Of a stretch of DNA of 18,693 bases, positions 15,556 to 18,693 are shown piece by piece; the first letter of the stretch is position 1, and every line of letters starts with the position of its first letter. This DNA comes from Chthoniobacteraceae bacterium (lineage in GTDB: Bacteria > Verrucomicrobiota > Verrucomicrobiia > Chthoniobacterales > Chthoniobacteraceae): NCBI GenBank assembly GCA_040081625.1, contig JBEBGD010000109.1, positions 1 to 18,693 on the forward strand, given 5' to 3'. The position numbers and the translations under genes were made by a program. Under the pieces are notes generated by a model. That model was not told where the DNA came from and searched no databases. It saw only the letters and a list, made by a program, of their open reading frames with translations.

Positions 15556-15562
15556 TTTGAGG

Positions 15563-15637
15563 TGGTGGGTTGGGCGGGACTTGAACCCGCAACCAACGCC
15601 TTAAAAGGGCGCTGCTCTACCATTGAGCTACCAACCC
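15563..15637 (-). tRNA. tRNA-Lys (anticodon UUU), CCA encoded
   Basis: Minus strand reads GGGTTGG-TA-GCTC AATGGTA GAGC-A-GCGCC CTTTTAA GGCGT-TGGTT-GCGGG TTCAAGT CCCGC-CCAACCC-A-CCA, a full cloverleaf. Confidence 0.97.
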
Positions 15638-15695
15638 CGACTGCCGGAAGGGGCGCACACCTAATCGCGCCGCGCGGGCTGCGCAAGCGCGACGT

Positions 15696-16550
15696 TCATC
15701 GCGCGATCACAGCGCGGAACCATTCGCGCAATTGCGCCCGCGTTTCACTCGGGCGGAGGATCCATGCGTCGTTGTGATTGCGGAATCCGGTGCTCGCAAA
15801 CGTGAATCCAGGGGAGCTGCCGAGAACCTTGCGCGTCTCGTCCGCGTTGGCGCCTTCGCCGCAGATGAATTGCTCCCGGCCCGCGAGCCGCGCGAGGCGC
15901 GCGCGTGCGGCCGCGCTGTCACTGCCGGGATACGGCCAGCGGCGCACGCCGTCGAAGTGGCTGTAGCAGATGAATGCACGCCAGAGCTTCGCTGTCTCGT
16001 CGTCGTGCAGGCCGATGTAGTTCACGGCGATCGAGCCGCGGGAGAAACCGGCGAGCACCACTCGCGACGCATCGCCGCCGAATCGCGCGCACACTTCGCG
16101 CACCGTCGCGCGGAGGTAGGCCAGCGTGGGTTCAGGGTCATAGGCGGGCGCGTCGCCCCACCATTTTTCGGCGATCGCCCTGCCGCTGGCGGCGACAAAC
16201 GGCGCGCTGACCCAGATCGCGTCCTGCGCCACGCCGAAGCCGAGATTGCACCCCTCGGGGCGGCCGTTGCACTCGTCGCCATGCGCGCTGCGGAAGCCGC
16301 CATTGCCCGGCAACTCGACGATGACCGGTCGCTTCCCGTCGCCACTCCAGTCAGGCGGAAGATAGAGCGCGTGATAGACCGCGGTGTTCTCCCAGCCGCT
16401 CGTCACGGCGCGCACGCGGCGACCGGCAGCGGGCGCGCCTTCGCTCATCGGCGGCACGACGAGGTCGGCGGCGACGCTGCGGATGTCGGGAAGCTCCTGG
16501 CCGTGCGCGATTGCGGCGCCGAGCGCGGCGATGGCGAAGCGACGGTTCAC
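15696..16550 (-). CDS. Exported alpha/beta-fold hydrolase (esterase/peptidase-like), ~284 aa
   Basis: GTG start at 16550 overlaps the upstream stop (GTGA). Signal-peptide-like NRRFAIAALGAAIAHG, LYLPPDW, PVIVELPGNGG, nucleophile elbow GFSRG, and C-terminal NHND. Confidence 0.8.
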   Translation of the reverse strand: MNRRFAIAALGAAIAHGQELPDIRSVAADLVVPPMSEGAPAAGRRVRAVTSGWENTAVYHALYLPPDWSGDGKRPVIVELPGNGGFRSAHGDECNGRPEGCNLGFGVAQDAIWVSAPFVAASGRAIAEKWWGDAPAYDPEPTLAYLRATVREVCARFGGDASRVVLAGFSRGSIAVNYIGLHDDETAKLWRAFICYSHFDGVRRWPYPGSDSAAARARLARLAGREQFICGEGANADETRKVLGSSPGFTFASTGFRNHNDAWILRPSETRAQLREWFRAVIAR

Positions 16551-17113
16551 TTCACCGGCGTCACGGTCGCGCTTGCGCGCAGCGAGTCGTGCGCGGGCAG
16601 CCATGCTTCGATCGTGAACGCCTCCTCGGGCTTCATCTCGCGCGTCGCGACGCTCGCGCTGTATTCGAGCCGCTCGCCGGGATTGATCGTCACGATCCCC
16701 TGCCCGTGCTCGAAGCGCCGGTCCTCGCTCCACCGGTCGATGATGCGCCCCGTCTTGTCTTTGATCACCACCTCGATGCGTTGCGTGCTCGGGAAGTCCA
16801 GCCGCACCGTGCGTTTGCCGCGATTGATCAACTGCACGGTCACCTTCACCTGCCTCACCTCGGAGAGCTTCGGCGCGGGCGGCTCGACGCTGACGCTCGC
16901 CACGAGCGACTTCAGATTCGGCGGCGGCGCACTCTTCATTTCGCGCGGCTTGAGATCGCGGCTGAGCGGGTTGAGCCGCTGCGTGGAAGACCACATGCGG
17001 CCGAGCAGGCCGGGCTCGTCCGACTTGGGCGCCGAGGAGCAACCGCCGAGCAGCAGCGCGCAGCAGAGCGAGAGATAAGTTGAGAGTTGAGAGGTCAGAG
17101 GTGAGAGGCGCAT
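16547..17113 (-). CDS. Lipoprotein with a BsuPI-like (intracellular proteinase inhibitor-like) Ig-fold domain, ~188 aa
   Basis: Lipobox LLLGGC. The pattern V.L.N.G..TV.L.FPSTQR.EVVI.D..G..I.RWS....F......I.PGE.L.Y matches the BsuPI family. Confidence 0.75.
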   Translation of the reverse strand: MRLSPLTSQLSTYLSLCCALLLGGCSSAPKSDEPGLLGRMWSSTQRLNPLSRDLKPREMKSAPPPNLKSLVASVSVEPPAPKLSEVRQVKVTVQLINRGKRTVRLDFPSTQRIEVVIKDKTGRIIDRWSEDRRFEHGQGIVTINPGERLEYSASVATREMKPEEAFTIEAWLPAHDSLRASATVTPVK

Positions 17114-17167
17114 GGTGACGGGGCGGCGCGCAGCGTATTGCGCGGCTCGCAACCCTCAACTCTCATC
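17078..17167. repeat. Degenerate heptamer tandem repeats in inverted orientation around a divergent gene junction
   Basis: AGTTGAG AGTTGAG AGGTCAG AGGTGAG (17078-17105) and TCGCAAC CCTCAAC TCTCATC (17147-17167). Confidence 0.55.
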
Positions 17168-17170
17168 TCC

Positions 17171-17677
17171 ATGTATCGCATCCTTCTCGTCTGCTTCGCC
17201 GTCGCCCTCTGCGGCTTCGCTCGAAAACCAAAACTCAGCGTCCGCTTCCACGTCGAAGCCACCAACAACGCCGGCGGCTCCTTCACCATCCCGTCAAAAT
17301 TCGTCAACCCGCCACGCGACGGCTTCATCGAGGCCGTCCCCTTCGCCTCGGAGAAAAACATCGTCGCGATCTTTCCCATCGAGCACGCGAACGGCGGACT
17401 CGGCTGCGCGTTCCAGTTGAATCAAAGCGGCGCCCTCGCGCTGCGCACCGTCAGCACGCAGCGTCGCGGCGCGTCGGTCGTCGGATTCATCTCCACCAAG
17501 GCCGGAGTCCACCAGCTCCTCGACCTCCCGATCGACCGCCCGATCACCGATGGCGTCATCTACTTCCCGCGCGGCCTGTCGGGCGGCGAGATCGCCGAAC
17601 TGCGCAAGCTCTACCCGCTCATGGAGGGAAAATCGTCCGCCACGCCCGTGCCGCGAACCGTCCAGCCGGTCCCGTGA
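17171..17677 (+). CDS. Exported hypothetical protein (weak resemblance to a SecD/F P1 head-like subdomain), 168 aa
   Basis: ATG 17171, signal-peptide-like MYRILLVCFAVALCG, strong GC3 bias, and the pattern FQLNQSGALAL..VST..RG...IDRPITDGVI. Confidence 0.7.
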   Translation: MYRILLVCFAVALCGFARKPKLSVRFHVEATNNAGGSFTIPSKFVNPPRDGFIEAVPFASEKNIVAIFPIEHANGGLGCAFQLNQSGALALRTVSTQRRGASVVGFISTKAGVHQLLDLPIDRPITDGVIYFPRGLSGGEIAELRKLYPLMEGKSSATPVPRTVQPVP

Positions 17678-17687
17678 CGGTCGGCTG

Positions 17688-18635
17688 ATGTCCGCCTACG
17701 CCACTCTCCTCGGCGCCGTCGCGCCGATCTTCATCATGCTCGCCATCGGCTGGGCGATGCGCCGCTCGGGCGCCCTCTCGGCGGACGCGGACTCGAGCAT
17801 TTTGCGGCTGGGCATCAATGTCTTCTACCCCGCTCTCATCGCCGACACCATCCTCGGCAACTCCGCGCTTCAGCGCATCGAGAATGTGCTCGTGCCTGCC
17901 GCGGCGGGCGCGGCCACGGTGCTCATCGGCTTCGGCATCGCCCTCATCGGGGCGCGCACGCTCGGGCTCGAGCGGCCGCACCCCGCCCGCACGTTCGCGT
18001 TCTCCGTCGGTTTGCAAAACTATGGCTTCATCGCGATCCCGCTGGTGCAGACTCTTTACGGTCGCGGCGCGCTCGGAGTGCAGTTCACCTTCACGCTCGG
18101 CGTGGAGCTGGCGCTTTGGAGCGCGGGCATCTGGCTATTGTCCGGTCACCGCGGCACCGCGAGCTGGCGCGACATGGTCACCGCGCCGGTCATCGCTATC
18201 ATCGTCTCCACGGGCATCAATTACTTCGTGGGCGACCAGTGGTTGCCGCAGTTCGGTCGCGTCGCGATGCAAAGCCTCGGCGCCTGCTCCATCCCCAGCC
18301 AGGTCGTGCTCACCGGCGCCGTCCTCGCCGATGTGATGCGTCGCGCCGCGCCCGGCCCGTGGCTGCGCCCGGTCATCGTCGGCAACCTTCTTCGCATCAC
18401 GATCATCCCCGCGCTCATCCTCCTGCTCGGCGGGCTGCTGAGCCCGAGCGTCGAGCTGCGCCACGTCCTCATCGTGCAGGCCGCCATGCCGAGCGCGATG
18501 GTGCCGATCGTCCTCGTGAAGCACTACGGCGGCGAGACGAACCTCGCCGCCTGGATCGTGAGCGCGAGCACCGCGCTGGGCATCGTATCCATCCCGTTTT
18601 GGCTGCGGATCGGTCCCTGGTGGCTGGGGAACTGA
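17688..18635 (+). CDS. AEC (auxin efflux carrier / malate permease) family membrane transporter, 315 aa
   Basis: About 10 hydrophobic segments. Motifs P.F.ML.IG, FYPALI, NYGFIAIPL and QAAMPSA are typical of the AEC family. Confidence 0.92.
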   Translation: MSAYATLLGAVAPIFIMLAIGWAMRRSGALSADADSSILRLGINVFYPALIADTILGNSALQRIENVLVPAAAGAATVLIGFGIALIGARTLGLERPHPARTFAFSVGLQNYGFIAIPLVQTLYGRGALGVQFTFTLGVELALWSAGIWLLSGHRGTASWRDMVTAPVIAIIVSTGINYFVGDQWLPQFGRVAMQSLGACSIPSQVVLTGAVLADVMRRAAPGPWLRPVIVGNLLRITIIPALILLLGGLLSPSVELRHVLIVQAAMPSAMVPIVLVKHYGGETNLAAWIVSASTALGIVSIPFWLRIGPWWLGN

Positions 18636-18641
18636 GGGCGC

Positions 18642-18676
18642 GTGGATCGTAGATGGTGGATTGTGGATGGTAGGGG
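18642..18676. repeat. Degenerate heptamer tandem repeat after the AEC gene
   Basis: GTGGATC GTAGATG GTGGATT GTGGATG GTAGGGG. Confidence 0.55.
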
Positions 18677-18693
18677 CGGCCTCGGGTTTGCGA

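Larger units (their letters stand above)
1..15562. mobile_element. Right part of a putative tRNA-Lys-integrated genomic island or prophage-derived defence island (left end outside the window)
   Basis: Defence and phage genes abut the tRNA 3' end, with candidate arm-type repeats nearby. Host-like genes lie on the other side of the tRNA. No integrase or duplicated att is visible in the window. Confidence 0.6.

Noticed and set aside
12418..15560. Complete prophage
   Set aside because: No portal, capsid, tail, lysis, integrase or replication genes are in the window.
15696..17159. 487-aa ORF as a single protein
   Set aside because: Its 5' part overlaps the BsuPI-like gene in another frame. The hydrolase plausibly starts at GTG 16550 with a signal peptide.

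Overview
This GC-rich bacterial window has two parts. Bases 1 to ~15560 look like a defence-rich genomic island ending at the 3' end of a minus-strand tRNA-Lys(UUU) (15563-15637). The island carries a DISARM-like locus: the C-terminal tail of a probable N6-adenine methyltransferase (DrmMI/type IIG-like), then drmA-drmB-drmC. About 5.7 kb of cargo separates the two: (i) an ABC/AAA_21 ATPase with a non-canonical Walker B plus a TOPRIM-like partner, (ii) a PD-(D/E)XK nuclease preceded by a long hairpin and a coupled leader ORF, and (iii) a divergent three-gene cassette encoding a CAP12/Pycsar-type TIR protein, a small helical protein resembling the TIR protein's N-terminus, and a DeoR-type sensor domain with no HTH, arranged around overlapping palindromes. 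No cyclase is visible for the TIR protein. Between drmC and the tRNA lies an apparently intact, orphan phage terminase pair (terS-terL), and terL is bracketed by two related TGTCRGATG palindromes. Right of the tRNA are ordinary host-like genes: an alpha/beta hydrolase, a BsuPI-like lipoprotein, an exported hypothetical protein and an AEC transporter. All family assignments come from motif recognition by eye; no database search was run.
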